64,000 nt of DNA from Octopus bimaculoides (GCF_001194135.2 NC_068994.1:2759041-2823040); one strand, 5' to 3'. Numbered from the stretch's first letter, positions 11,531 through 26,174 are shown. The notes: generated from the letters alone by a model not told the origin. Translations and numbers: made by a program.

Positions 11531-13639
11531 ATAGTATATTACTCTGCCTTTTGTATTCGAGTACCATTTTCTCCACCTTGTTTTGCACCTATGTGCTTAC
11601 TTGTGTATGTATGTAAATGCGTGTGTGTTTGTATATGTGCATATATACACACACACATATATATATATATACATACACACCTATACACACACACACATAT
11701 ATATATCATATATAAATAGCAATTTCTGTCCGTCTGTCTGTTACCCTCTTGCTACCCTAACCAGAGAACCAATATTCACCAAACTTAGAAACATACACAA
11801 ACCATTAGAAAATGAGCACCAAAAGGATTTTTACATTTCATGAATGTACTTGATTANNNNNNNNNNATGGTGAAGGGAATACAAATATTAATTTTCAAAC
11901 TAAAAATAATTTAAAAATCAAAATAGAATTAAAACAATTTTCACATTCGTATCAGTGCAATGAATATATATTATCAATAACAATAATGTTGTTTAATTAT
12001 CATTTAATTAACAAACGTTACATTACCTAATACCATCAATTATAGCAAAAGCGTGATTACAACATTACATGGTAACCAAGAGACATAAGTACACTTAATA
12101 TCAGAGATATCTCTCTTCAGAGGACAAATGAACAGAGGAAGATGGAGATATACAGCCAATTATATTAATTATTCCATGATAATTTTTTATCATCAGTTAT
12201 AGAGAAAAAATTGACAAAGATCACAGCATTGCTTACTGATTTAAAAGAGATGCGAGATGGGTGAAGAGATAAAAAAAAAAGTTAGCTATGGAAAGAGCCA
12301 AGTGACCTAAACTTGAATAACAAATATTGTGTTTAAGTTTTCAACAATGAATGATTTATCAATTTGTGGTGGATGGATGCTGAAAGATTTATGGGAAATA
12401 ATTTTAATGTTTAAGCTAGAACAAGTGTATAGTGATATAAGTGCCACTAATTTACTAAGTCCTGTATAAATTTACAGCATACAGAAATAAAATAATTTTA
12501 CCTACAAAGAGTGGCATATTTAGTAATAATATCCTGTCTCAAACAATATAATTGTATTATACATATGGATTACATATTGTAATATCACTATCTCTGTAGT
12601 ATTAGTTTTGCTTTGATATAACAATTTTACACTGGAAACAATGCTTCAACTCATAAAATACCAATATCATTAGTTTATAACATTTTGCCTCAAACAATAA
12701 CTCAGCCAATCATCAAGATAAAGACTGTTTTATGTTACAGACTTTTCTCACATCAACTGATTCTCTGAAAGCTAAAAGAATGCAATGTGTATGAAGTGTG
12801 TAGCAATGACATACAATATTGACTATATTACATTTACTTCAGAGAAAATCTACAGGAATGTACACATAACTATTTATGTTCAAAGATCTCTTTGAGAGAA
12901 AGCAAGGTTGTGATAAACAGATAGATAGCTTGCTAGAGAAAAGCGAGATGATAAATATGGAGGAGAAAAAATTTAAATAACAATAAATTTAAGAGCATGA
13001 CACTAAAAAAAAATTTAATACAATACTATATCTGTTAAATCTAAAAATTCTATAGAAACAATAAAAAGTAAGTGTGAAAAAAGAAGGGAAACTGATAAGA
13101 ATTAATAATGCCCTTTCTGTTGTCACTTGCTGAGAAAGCCATTGTTATTCTCAACAGACTTTCTGTGTAATGAAATATACTGTCAGTCTGGGTTCCTGAT
13201 AAAAATGAATTCTCAGCACAAGTTTGAACAATATTTAAATTTATCTATTCTTTTATCTGTGAACTCATCTTTTATCAGTTGTTTCTGTTGATTTATTAGT
13301 ATTATTCCTGTTGTTACTACGAGGCAATAGTGGTAGACATGATTGTGAGATGATGGTGATGGGGAAGATATTGAAACTTGAAGATGGGCGTATTGATGAT
13401 AGCACTGTTTGCTGACAATACAGTTGCTAATGTTATGAACATTTTATTTTTAAGACTGTAATGAACTGTTTAGTTTTAATGGCAATTGTGTTACTATTGT
13501 CTCCAGTTCCAGTCTTGTCAATACTGACTTTAACTTCCATTCTACTGGTATAGATGAAATAATTTCTGATGGTGAAGAAGAAAAGATGAGAGTGGTGAGG
13601 AATTATGGTGCATAACACACCAATTTCCATAACATCTTA

Positions 13640-13835
13640 ACTGCTACTTTGCTAATGCCTCAAAAAGACTGGAAACTATTCTAAATGTCTACATTTTTTA
13701 TCACTTACCAATTATATATATATAAACAAAGTTATCTGAAGTTCATTCATATTATACACAGCTTGAGGTTGTCTGAACTTTGGAAAAGCTATGCTGTTGT
13801 TCTTGGCATCAGTAAATCTTTTGATCATGTCTACT
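13640..13835 (+). mobile_element. Small CR1/Jockey-type RT fragment
   Basis: 13790-13832 translates YAVVLGISKSFDHV, matching the (ES)YAVALDISKAFDRV RT motif. Confidence 0.45.
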
Positions 13836-14104
13836 CTCAAGTAAAGTTGACTTATTAATTTCTTGTTGGCTTTATTAATTTCTCATCTTTTAGACTGGGG
13901 TGACAGATCAAACCAAAAAGATGAAATATGATGGATATGCATGAGTAAATGCTGCTTTTTTTTTTTGTTGTTTTACATTTGCTTAACCCACACCAGTACA
14001 GCATGGGTTAAAAAGAGCAGATGCTGAAAATTTCAGACTTATTAAATGTTACAGGCTGCAAAGAATCCTTTTCTTCACACTCTATGGATGGTGAGAATCA
14101 AATT

Positions 14105-14366
14105 TCAAATATTATCTTGTGAGTGTGGGCTTATGATGTATGGATATTAAGAATCCATGCTCCGTGCGAGTTATTAACACATCCAGGAAGGTCAGCTTAT
14201 TCTCCTTTTCCTTCAGATTCATCTCTCCTGAACAAAAACTCCATTTGAAGGGATCATAAGCAAGAGCTATGTGAATTCCAATGCTACAGTTGTGGTAGTG
14301 AATATAGAGTTGTGACCAACCATCTACTAAAAATAAGTTATAAGAATATTGCAAACTGTTATTCAT
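14105..14366 (-). mobile_element. Penelope-like RT fragment
   Basis: EKENKLTFLDVLITRTEHGFLISIHHKPT matches the PLE E....L.FLDV.I......T.V.RKPT motif. Confidence 0.6.
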
Positions 14367-14639
14367 GGGAGGCAGAAAAACTAGGCATTGCTGATCACTT
14401 TTAGGGGTGGGGAAGAGAAATCAACTCTGATGGAACAGTCAGGATAATAGATAGGGTACATCACTGAAAGATATGATTCGAAAAGATCAGCACATATACT
14501 AGCCTTTGATAAACTCCTTCAGCAAAGATGAACATCAGATGGCAGTTTTTTTTATAAAAGGGTAAGTAAGGGAGAGAAGTTTAAGAAGATTAGGGGAAAA
14601 GATGCAGGATGGAGGTTGTTATTTGCATTTTGAGAACAG

Positions 14640-15950
14640 ATTTATTGATCAATGTTTGCAGGTAAAAATTATACTGTTGTGTTCATTAAGACAATTTGTG
14701 GATTGCATAATAGCTAAGACTTCAGCTATGCAGAGATCACATTTGTTATTATAGCCACTGTATGGTTTGGTGTGGGTGACTATGGACCACTTGAGAATGT
14801 AAGGAGTTGAATCATTGTTTAGTTTATGGATAAGCTGAGATAAAGGTGTACAGTAGGATTTTATTTGGGACTTGAAACTGGAGTAGTGGTTGCTCACTCT
14901 ATCTTTGAAGGCGGTGCTGCACAAACTGATATATTTGTAGTGACAGTTGGTAGCTGATACTGTACACTTGTGATATTTTTTGTGTGCAGCGATTATCTAA
15001 AGGTTGGACGTCTGAAGCTGCATAGTTTGTAGGGGGTGTTCTAGATGAATTTGTGAGGGTATTGTTATTTAGTGAGGAACCAATGTTAGGTTCATTATTA
15101 GTGGTAGCATTAAGATTAGTATTTGTTAGGGAGTTGAGGATGGCATTGTGGGGTTGTATAATATGATGGTTATCATGTCCAGTGGTATCATCTGTATCGT
15201 TCTTTATTTTTACATGAGGTATAGTTAGGCTTTGTGGTAGATTTAAGGATCGGGTGTTAGTAGTGGAATTATAGTTGGAGTTATGAGGGTTAGTATTGTT
15301 AAGGGGATCTATAGGTGTTCTGGATTGATATGTATGGATTTGGGGGTTATGTTATTAGGTTAGCTGATTGTAGGTTTCTGAGTTTCTTGTTGTTAAGATA
15401 TTAGGTTACTCCTGCAATGTTGGTGGTGATGGAGTAGGACAATTTTATAGACTGGGGGTTAAATATTTTTCTAAGGGGGCTAGATTTAGGGAAATGTTTT
15501 ATGAGTAGAGCAAAGAAGAGTTTAGGTACTCAAGTCTGGACATTAAGGGCAAAGTGGGGGGTAGGGGTGGAACCAGATAACATCCCAGGATTTTGTTTGT
15601 TTAATCCGATTAGGGGCAGGGTTAACAGGGTTGAGATAAGGCTTTGAGGGTGCATGCTAGTGTCTGTTTTGGTGAGTTGCAATTTTTCTGGGATATGGGT
15701 CACCTGGCAAGAAGGTTGTTTGTTAGGTCATCTGTTACTCTGAAATTTGGATGGGCACTGGAGTGGTGGGATAGGCGTGATTTTACATTCATTATATGGC
15801 AGGGAGCGGAACTGGTTTTGGTTCTGGGTTTAGTGGAGGGAGGAATATTCCACATGGGGACATATTCTATTGAGTTTCTATAATTAGTGCATTGTAGGGC
15901 ACAATTGTAATATTCTGCATAGTGATCAAATAATTTCTTATTAACAGATA
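14640..15950 (-). mobile_element. Penelope-like element 3' part (post-RT region and GIY-YIG endonuclease), degenerate
   Basis: HFPKSSPLRKIFNP (~15470-15510) and FKDRVSNHYSSFK...KWSIV...KCDLCIAE...CLNEHNS...TCKH (ORF 14649-14924). Confidence 0.75.
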
Positions 15951-16877
15951 GTGAGGAAATCTGGTAGGAAACACCACACACACATATATACTTCAAGCAG
16001 AACAAGCAAGAGACACCTTGATTTGTGTGAAGTTTTTAATAGATGGTACAGTCCGTGAAAATTCTACTACATAGAAAAACAATTTCTATCAACTGAACTG
16101 AAATTGACCTTGAATATGTATTTCAATATATAATCCTTTTGCATCTCATTTTACCCCACAGTTATCATGCAACAAAGAATGTGGTCTAGATTTAGACCAA
16201 TTAGAGAGTGCCATAAATGTATCTTATAAACAATCATTCAAACACTATGCAAATGTTCAGAATATTTTATTGCTGGAGACTACATAATTTTAAAGAATGA
16301 TTAAGGCACATCACAACTGATATTCAATTTTTTTACCTCACATCTATTTCCTATTTCAGATCTCTAATTGGACTCAACTTTCAAAGGCAATATAAGTAAC
16401 AGAAGAGACTTTAGAATTAAATTATAGACATTTTTCTATTTTCCCTGAGCCAAATATTGCTAGAGCAAACATGATGTAAAATGAAGCCTCTCACTGAAGC
16501 AATTATCTTGATTTTGAAAACCAGAGATTGACACTGAGGTACACTCGCCAGAAAATACTTTCTTTTATATCATTTTGATGTAGACATTCTTAGAAAATAA
16601 AATCACAACAGAAATATTATATTATACCAGAAAGAATAGCGGCAACTTGAAAGCCATGATAATGTGTTATATTGCAAAGTTAATATTTTAATTGAAAATT
16701 ACCAAAATGTCAAAGAAGTCAACAAGTTAATGACTTTTGTAATTAGAAAGTCATGTTTAAACTATACATATTATGGCTTCAAATTAGTCGTGTTTTATTT
16801 CTTTTGGGATTATACATTTATTAAAGCAACCCTTTCAACATAGTAATTTCCAAATTAAGGAGAACATAATATATATA

Positions 16878-16907
16878 AGAGAGAGGGGAGAGAGAAAAAG
16901 AGAAAGG

Positions 16908-16944
<37 letters not shown>

Positions 16945-17030
16945 NNNNNNNNNNGAGAGAGAGAGAGAAAGAGAGTGTGTGTGTGTGCGTGTGTGTGTGC
17001 GTGCGCGCGCTTGCGTGCATATGTATGTAG
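16878..17030. repeat. (GA)n then (GT)n/(GC)n microsatellites around a 10-N gap
   Basis: Direct reading. Confidence 0.9.
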
Positions 17031-20000
17031 ATGCAGATAGACTATAACAAATAAGAATGAAGTATGATGTGTCAATAGTGAATATCATTTCAGAATTATG
17101 ACAACACAAGACAAAAACAATCAATGGTGGAAAAATATTCTCAGTCAACTTCACATATTTAAGTATCATATGGCTAATTAACTAGAAATTAATATCTGAG
17201 ACAAATGCATGCAATTTTCTAAACTATGCTTTCTGTTATAAAACTCCAACAATATTACCAACAATAATTTAATAGTCATATATCTTCCATCAAAATCAGC
17301 CTCACCATATGAAGTGCACTGAAAGGTCAATTGGAAAAATACAAGGAGAGGCATGAGTGGAATCTTAACTGCCAATTGGATTATCATGCAATAAATATTA
17401 CACAGAGAATTGCTTTTGTAGTGATAAACAAAGTTGCACTGTGTAAATATAGTGATGAAATCATTTAGCAATGTCTTTTACCATGCTAAGTAGAAATGTG
17501 TGGTTGTAAAGGTCATATCCTGTTCATTCCTAAGCAAACACTTCAACTGAAGAATTGAACAGAAAATGTATGGCTTCTGAAATATATTATTAAAAATCAA
17601 TGAGTTATGACTGTAATAAAAACTATTTATCTTTTGATAAAGATGCTACTTGTAAAACAATGTAGAATGATTCTATGCTTCATTATTGCTCCTATCCACT
17701 TGGAAACCTACCATTTGCAGAAGCTTGGTTCAGAGATACACTGTTTGGTTTGCTGTTATATGCATGCCAATTTAAACTCTAATATAAGATCAACACTCTT
17801 TCCAATTAGGAGTAATTTATTTCAGAAAATAAGTCATTTAAATCTAAAAGTTCTGCTAAAAGTGAAAGAGATAATTATCCTCTCTTTACAATAAGTATGC
17901 ATACCTTTAGATTTTGGAGAATTATTTTAAAGAATCATAATCAAAATCCAAAGAAGTAGAAAAAATTATTCAGAGACATCTCTTTATAGTCTTGTTAAAA
18001 ACTCTAAAACAAATATTTAATTCAGTTTATTTTAATTCTGTTGCATTGATTTAATTTCTTATTTTGTTTTTTGATTTCAATACTCTATAATGATATGCTT
18101 TTTTAAAGAAAAATAGGGAAAAATCTAGTAAGGACATGCAGACTAAGGAATATGTATAAGAGAGAAAAAAAAGACACAGACAGACAGACAGACAGAGAAT
18201 TTCTATTAAGTTTAAACTTTGAGTCAGTATCTTATTGATCAAAATATGGCTAAAAGAATTAATTAATATTAATCCATTCATATATTGAATAATATTTGTA
18301 TATTAAGGAATTATTATAATTCTAAGTGAAATAATAATAGTTTCTCCCACAGATATGAAAGGTAGTACTCCAGCATAACCTTGATTTAAACAAAATAACA
18401 AATATAAGATTTATGAAGAGACAGAGCATTGAATCTACTCAGTAATTAAGTTAATCTAATCATTACAATAATCACTCAAACATGGGCAAATGGCATAATA
18501 TTGATATTGCTACAATATGAAATATCTCTAATCATTGATAGTTTTAATATATTTTTGATTTTGTTTAATATATAAGCAATCTAATTTCTTTAATGTCATT
18601 AATTCATAACAATACTTCAGAAAATCCCCCACATATTTTCCAAATAACTATATAATTTCTTTAAAAATTATTATGAGGCAGCTATAAGATTTACACTTGA
18701 AAAGTGTTATCACCCCTTTAAGGCAGTATCATGACAAACCAATAAGCCTTATTGCAAATTCACTAATATTTACTTGAATCATTGTTAATGTTTTGCCAGT
18801 GAGCTGGCAGTAAAATATTCATATACAGGAGATTGCAAAGAAACATTACAACTTAATTATTAAAAGGAAAATGAAGAAGGAAAGAGAAGACAGAAAAAAA
18901 TTGATTTCTAGTCTCCTAGTACAAATTCGAAATTGGTTTTTAGAAATAGTTCTTGGTCTTAATGAGAATAATAGCTATGGTATTTTTAAGGTGCTATTAC
19001 TGATACCATTATCCAACAGAGTTTTCTCAGCATTATTTCAAATTTTGCCTTTTAACTACAAATTCTCTCTTTTAATAGAGATTTAAAGAACTCTTTCCAT
19101 TTAATTCTATAAAATGAAATTCATTCATATTTGTTATCTTTTATTTTGTTTTCCATCATGGCATAATATGAAACGCATATGAAAAATGATCTCACGCAAG
19201 TTGCACATCTTGATTAAACACAATCTTACACATTCAAATAAACGATTTTGTTTCTCAGTCTCTTATAGCAATAATAATTTTCTTACATCTATTATAATAA
19301 TATTCTAAATAACACCTCATTTTATATGGAAAAGAAACACTGTCATTAAAAAAAAATATAGTATCTATATATAAAAAAAATCTTACCTACCACATATTGT
19401 CATTGAACCAATTACAAGAGAAAGAAATATACAAGATACATAAGTTAAAATTCCAATGGGCATAGAAAACAAATTATATACTGTATCCTTACAAAACATC
19501 TGTTATGAATTATTTCATTACCTTATTCATTTTATCAGAACTCAGGTAAAATAAATTACATTATTTTATTTTGAGTATTCATAATAATCCAAGAGTATTC
19601 TGAGACAGTACTTAAATGATAAAGTTGGTGCCTCACATCTTACTATTTTCATTACAGAAATTTAGTATATGCAAAGAGTTACTAACCATGACCAGAATAA
19701 ATATTCTGAATTGTGCATGATCAACAAGCCATTTTGACATTCTTTAAATTACTGTTTACAGAATGAAAGTTGAAAATTAAGTTAGCTCACCAGTGGAAGA
19801 TAAATTTCAAAACAGTTATTATTCAAAGTGATAGTTCTCAGAGTGTAGATTCATTTTCCAAAGTTTGTGCAGATGGGACTATGACGAATGAGAGAAAATA
19901 TAGACAAAAATGTCGAATGCAATCTTGACAGAATAAATTAGTTGAAAAAACCAAAGTATTTAATAGATAGGTATTAAAAGAACAATTTATCTTGTCAATA

Positions 20001-20361
20001 TCACCAAGAACATTTGTAACAGCATTTGTTTCCAATTCTACTCAAGGAAAAAAGCTCTCAGCTGTATTTACATATTGAAATAAAATGCATTACCATCCCT
20101 GCTTTACAACGTGCTAAAAATGAACTCTGAAATGTCTGAAGAAAATAATTAAATACTTCAAAAAATATTTAAAAGATATTGTTTTATGCTTAACCATGAA
20201 GTTTAAATTCAGCATTATGTTGAAAAAAAATTCTATAATCTGAGTTTCTGTTCTACTAGCCAGGTTGCTAATACTTGGTTACAATATTTATACAAGCAGA
20301 TTATGTTACAATCCAGTAGAGAAATAGATTCAATTTCACACAATATTTAATAGGAGCACTG

Positions 20362-20649
20362 TCATTATGACAACGAGGGTCCCAGCTGATACGATCAACA
20401 GAACAGCTTGCTCGTGAAATTAACGTGCAAGTGGCAGAACACTCCATAGACATGTGTACCCTTAACATAGTTCTCAGGGAGATTCAGCGTGGCACAGAGT
20501 GTGACAAGGCTGGCCCTTTGAAATACAGGTACTACTCATTTTCGAAAGCTAAGGGGACTGGAGCAAGGACACAATGCGTCGCTGGGAATTGAACTCACGA
20601 CCTTATTATCATGAGCTCCATGCCCTAACCACTAAGCCATGTGCCTCCA
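20362..20649 (-). mobile_element. tRNA-derived SINE
   Basis: Reverse strand begins TGGAGGCACATGGCTTAGTGGTTAGGG (A box) ... GTGAGTTCAATTCCC (B box), followed by a SINE body. Confidence 0.75.
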
Positions 20650-22065
20650 TGCACAATAAAAGCTTTACTTAACTGGTTCTGTAAATAACATAACCTTTGA
20701 TCATTTCTTTTATTATCTGATACCTCAAATGAGATAGAATCAAAACTACTATCAAATTTTTGACATAAATAATAAAACATTAAAGCAGTAGTGTATTTAG
20801 AAGGTTGTTTGTTTTGGCTGATCAGAGAGTGACCATTGGTTTCACCTCTATAAAGTGTTTAGCTGTATAGGCAACTTATCAGACTTAATTGGCTGGAGGC
20901 ACATAACAATGGCAGTGATGCCAGCAACAACTCTAGTGGTAGAAGCAATAACAGCTTCAACACCAGCATTGAGCCCTAATACAAGTTTGGCATACTCTCT
21001 CTTCTTTTCACATGCGTGCGCATGCACACACACACACATGCAAACACACACAAACATACACCCACAAGCTTGTAACCCAAATAGATCTTAAAACATTTAA
21101 TGGCAATTTTTATAAGACTTTCCAGTGAAATCATAAATATTGATGTTCATTCCCAAAACCAAAAAATATTTCTGATCCCTTCCCAATAATAATATAACTG
21201 ATACACTGACAAGACTAGGATTCTGAACTAAAATAGCGAATAGCAGTTCACATAATATGGTTTTCTTGAGGTGGGGCACTAATGGATAAATTATTGATTA
21301 TAAATAATCATCTGAAAAGAAAAAGACTGTTCCATTGATAATATCTAATTAATCTTCCATTACCAAACTGTAAAAATATCTAATCAATAAAAGTTTCACC
21401 CTCTTTGATATTGATCTATGATTATTCAATTGACTGACTCACAAAACTCTCCGAAAAAAGTAGTCATTGAAACTTGTAGGTAAGTTGTAGAAACAATTAA
21501 TGAAATCCTACCATTGTAATGAAATATTTTAATTAAAGCTTTCTTTTCCATTAGTAATACATATGTATATGCAATATCTGTTCTCATATTTACTGAGACT
21601 ATGTACAGTTTTAATGAGCCAAGTGTGTATACACACAATCATTGATATATGTAAGTTCATATGTATACATGTAAGTGCATGTGTGTGTGTATACCTGTAA
21701 AATGATAAACCTATAGAGATACAATAATATAAGGGGTTGGAGATGGAGGAGATGGATGGTGTGTGTGTTTGCATGCAGGGGTGAGTATTTATGTGTTGAA
21801 GACAACGCAAGGAACAAATTATACGGCATGTAGATATTTTTGCCAAATTTAATTAACTCTGAGAAAACGCCTAAAGAAAAAAATGAGGATTAAAATATTA
21901 ACTTCAAAAAGTTTTCAGACATTTTAAACTACATTAAAGATAGAGATGATGGGGATGTGTAAAATGGTAGAAAATATCTTCAAATTATTTAATAATTACA
22001 TTTTCTATTGTGACATTTTCAGTATAGCATAAGAGTCTTTGGATAAAATAAAAAATTAAAAAAAC

Positions 22066-22095
22066 GTTTTTATTGACGATAACGTCAATAAAAAC
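22066..22095. repeat. 13-bp stem hairpin abutting the long palindrome
   Basis: GTTTTTATTGACG ataa CGTCAATAAAAAC. Confidence 0.9.
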
Positions 22096-22401
22096 AATTA
22101 AACCTTGGGAGAGGCATTATGCCGGTAATAAACACACGCACTGGTTCAGTCCTTTATTAATTTATATAGTTTTTTGTTAAATTATTTCATTGCACTCTTG
22201 CAATCTCTTCAGTAACTTGTCTCTCCACTTCCATTTATTTTGAATATATATTCAAAATAAATGGAAGTGGAGAGACAAGTTACTGAAGAGATTGCAAGAG
22301 TGCAATGAAATAATTTAACAAAAAACTATATAAATTAATAAAGGACTGAACCAGTGCGTGTGTTTATTACCGGCATAATGCCTCTCCCAAGGTTTAATTG
22401 T
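22094..22401. repeat. Perfect spacer-less 308-bp palindrome (154-bp arms, centre 22247/22248)
   Basis: Centre GAATAT|ATATTC; arms read as exact reverse complements out to ACAATTAAACCTTGGGAGAGG / CCTCTCCCAAGGTTTAATTGT. Confidence 0.95.
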
Positions 22402-23994
22402 ATTTCTTTCAACACACGTATCCACATCAAGAATCTTGCACACGAAATACACATACGAAATAAGTCAATAAAAACGTTATACATCAGTGTTCTACTTCAA
22501 CAAGATGTTTTTTTTATGACAAGTAATGCAAAGACTTCCGCCCGTCCCCACACCCCACCCATATTCTCCCAAATTTGTTTATTTTAAAAATTTGTTTTGC
22601 CAAAAGCCTCCGTTTTCGGATAGGGAGTTCTGGAAAATTGCCAAAAATCGGCATTGTTAAATTCTTCCCACCCTTCCCCGCAAGTTCTTCAATTTTGACT
22701 TTTTCCCCAACACTAACAGTAACCTTAACTCTAAAACCCTAGCCGTAACTACAGAAATGTAATTGTAAATACCTTGCAACTGCTGCGATAATTATTAACT
22801 GGTAATTGAACGGTAAATGTGTATTTTTATATACCTTGGACTTGCCACCTTATTGTTCCACCTCCAGCCGTTCGTTATATTAGTCAACACACACTGACAC
22901 ACCATTTTGCTGTGGTGGCTCAAAAATTTGGAGAGCAGATATTGGAAGAGAAAGTGAAAGATGTATGTACGTGTATATGAAATGGATGTGTTTGTGTGCG
23001 TGCGCATGTGTGTGAGAGATAGAGTGAGTGAAGGTGTGTGTCGTGATGATTGAGGTCTTTTAAGACAGGGGTTTTCAAACTTTTTGACTTGCGGACCCCT
23101 TTATATTTCAGGCTTTACCTAAGAGACCCCCTTATAAACGCTTATGAAATTTATACATAAGTATTTGCTTAAAATAACATTTTTACATTTATTCATTTAA
23201 CAAATAGATTTATTGTCAATTATACACACAGGATTTTTTTAATACATACTTAGTGAGAAGGATGTGCTTGCTTGGCTTTGCACAAACTGTCAATTCTTGG
23301 AGATATTAATGACAAACATAACGTAAGTCACTTTCTGGAGCAAGTATGGATCTGTATTTGTTTTTCAGATTGGTCAGTGCCGAAAATCCTGCTTCGCATA
23401 AATATGCTGTTGCAAACGGTAGCAAAATCTTAACTACCTTTCGAGGTAACAATGGATACTCGGAGGCTACAGTAAGCCAGAATTTCGAAAGTGGTTGCTG
23501 CATAAAACTGATTTTTAAAGTTCTGTCGCATGAAATTTCAGCCAGTTCTTCCATTAAACGGATTTCTGATCCAGTCAAAATTTTCAGTACTATCTGGAAC
23601 ATCTTTCGAGAAATATTTGTCAAAATGCTCACCTACTGATATCAAATGTCGTTTAATATCTATAATTACCAAATCAACATTAACCGAGATATTCGTCCAG
23701 TGTAGGAAACGTATCTAAAGTTTTCTTACTAACTTTTGTAGTCCATATATTCAGTTTTTTCTTGAAGGCTTCTATTTTGTCACGACTAAATAAAATATTT
23801 GAATTTCTTCCTTGTAGAGATAAATTCAGTTCATTAAGTTTGTTGAATATATCTGCCAGATAAGCAACTTTGCAAAGCCAAATTTTATCAGCCATTATCG
23901 AAGCCAGTTCAGCATTATAATCACACAAAAAAAATCAACAGTTCTTCTCTAAGTTCAAATAAACGCTGGATTGTTTTACCTCGTGAAAGCCATC

Positions 23995-24931
23995 TGTAGC
24001 GAGATCTCTCTCTCAGGCATTCAATCATAAATGATAACGAAGCTGCTAACAGCTAGCCTTGGACCCTTTCTGTCCATCATCCTGATTGGTTCTTATTTTG
24101 CGCGGCAATTGTCCCCATGTTCTGCTTGCTAAGGGGGCATTACATCCAATCGCCGGCTTCAGATAACATCACGTGAGAAGGAGTTTTCAGATCTCTCACA
24201 GGTCTGGTCATTGACCACAAATATACAGAACACAGATACAGCCAGTTCCAGCGCCGACGTCTTCACCACCAATGTACTGTCTACCATTGTCGTCGCCAGC
24301 AACATCAAGCGCGGTTTTATCTCGACACTGTTGAGTGGAGTTTCCACTCACGAACAATAGTCAGAACTAACCAGCGAGAATATTCCGTATCAGGTAACAC
24401 GGTCACAGCATTCGACACTCAACACACATAGTGTGATACTACAGCTCTGCTCCTTGACCACAACTTGTGTAACTTTTATACGAACTGGTTTTTCTCTATC
24501 TCAGCGTTTATGACTTTTTACAGTCTATGTTACAGACACTCTTTCTATGTTTCCTCTCATTCACACGCATACTTGTACTCTCACATATTGTACACACACT
24601 ATTGCTTAAACGACTGTCCGTCACTTCACATTGTTTTATACATTCTCTTGTACACCAAGGCCTGATTTATCTACTGTGTTAATTTTATATGTCGCATGCA
24701 CGCGCACACAGACACAAACAGTTTCACTTTGTTAATAAATTTATTCTCATTATATATCTAACGGTTGAGTTTGTCCTAAGTTCTTTTACTGGCACTATGG
24801 CTCGTATCTCACGGTGAGCCTTCCTTCCAACTTATATATCTTGTTTTGTGTTCGACCGTGCGACATGGTAAAAAGGAGCCTTTACCGTCTACGTCGCCAT
24901 CTCCTTTGGTTCGCACGGTCGAAGTATTACA
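23995..24931. mobile_element. Solo LTR (937 bp, Ty3/Gypsy-like) nested in the Buster transposase
   Basis: TGTA...TACA termini, 4-bp TSD CATC (23991-23994 and 24932-24935); removal restores TEV-R-W-LSRGK; AATAAA near 24733. Confidence 0.85.
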
Positions 24932-26174
24932 CATCTTACCTCTGTAAGAAGCAACAGACTTGAATGTTCTTCCCCCATCGCACCACAGAGTATTGCAAAG
25001 AAAAAACTATACAGTGGTCTTGTTTTAATGAAATTTATCACTTTAATACAACATGACAAGACTTCGGACAAAGAAGCATCCATTTTTTTGGCAACCGGAG
25101 CTTCTCGATGAATCGTGCAATGTGTTGCAGTGATGTTAGGTGCTACTTTCTTAATATATCCCACAACACCCGAGTAAATACCAGTCATTGATGCCGCCCC
25201 ATCTGTACATATGTCAATACACTGGCTCCATAACAACCCTGATTGAAAAGAAAAGTGTCCAATACTTTGAAAACTTTCTCCCCAGTTGTTCTAGTGGGCA
25301 TAGGATAGAAAATCTTCAAGCATTTCACTTTCCCAACAATATCGCACATACACCATAAGTAATATCTGTGCTTTCATCAAGTTGTAATGCAAAAAAGCTT
25401 GTTTTCACTGTCAATTAACTGAGATTTTATATCTTTTGACATATCTTCTATTCTTCGAGCAATTGTGTTGTNNNNNNNNNNAATTAACTGAGATTTTATA
25501 TCTTTTGACATATCTTCTATTCTTCGAGCAATTGTGTTGTCTGACAGTGTCACAGCTTTCAATTTCGCAGCACATTTTCCATCCAAAACTGCCTCACACA
25601 TGTCTATTGCACAGGGCAATACAAGTTCTTCAGCAATATTATGGGCCTTAGCACGAACCACTCGCAGTGCCACTAAATAAGATGCCCGTAGTAGTTTATA
25701 ATTTGATGTTATTGACATTTTAAAAGTTGTTGTCTCTTTTTAATATGCATCCTTTTTTCTTTCAAAAAAATATTTTGGTTTTGTGGCAAATTGAGGATGT
25801 AGTGTTGTTAAATGTCGCTGCATTTTAGCTGGTTTCAAGGCTTCATTCGACAACAGCTTATGACAAAGTAAACACTGTGGTCTGTTAGCATTAGACACAC
25901 TTTCAATGAATCCAAATTGAATATACTCCACGTCGTGTTTTCTTAATTTATTTTTCTGTACAATCTCTTCTGTCTCTATCAGATTCTGAGTTGATTTCAT
26001 CATGAGCTTTCTGTTTCAAAAATTTATCCATGAGTAACGCTTGCACCCTGAAAATTTGAACGTGAAGCTCTTGCATGTGTGAAATAATTTTCGTATAAAC
26101 AACGTTGACGTATAATGGGCAATAATGTAGGTTTTATGCCATTTAGGAACATTAATAAATAAAAAAAAAAACAG

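Noticed and set aside
19539-19545. Apparent 7-nt micro-exon (TTTATCAG|AACTCAG|GTAAAA)
   Set aside because: No supporting context; such motifs arise by chance in AT-rich DNA.
25412-25540. ~60-bp direct repeat inside the Buster transposase
   Set aside because: The two copies flank a 10-N gap exactly: unmerged contig overlap, an assembly artefact.
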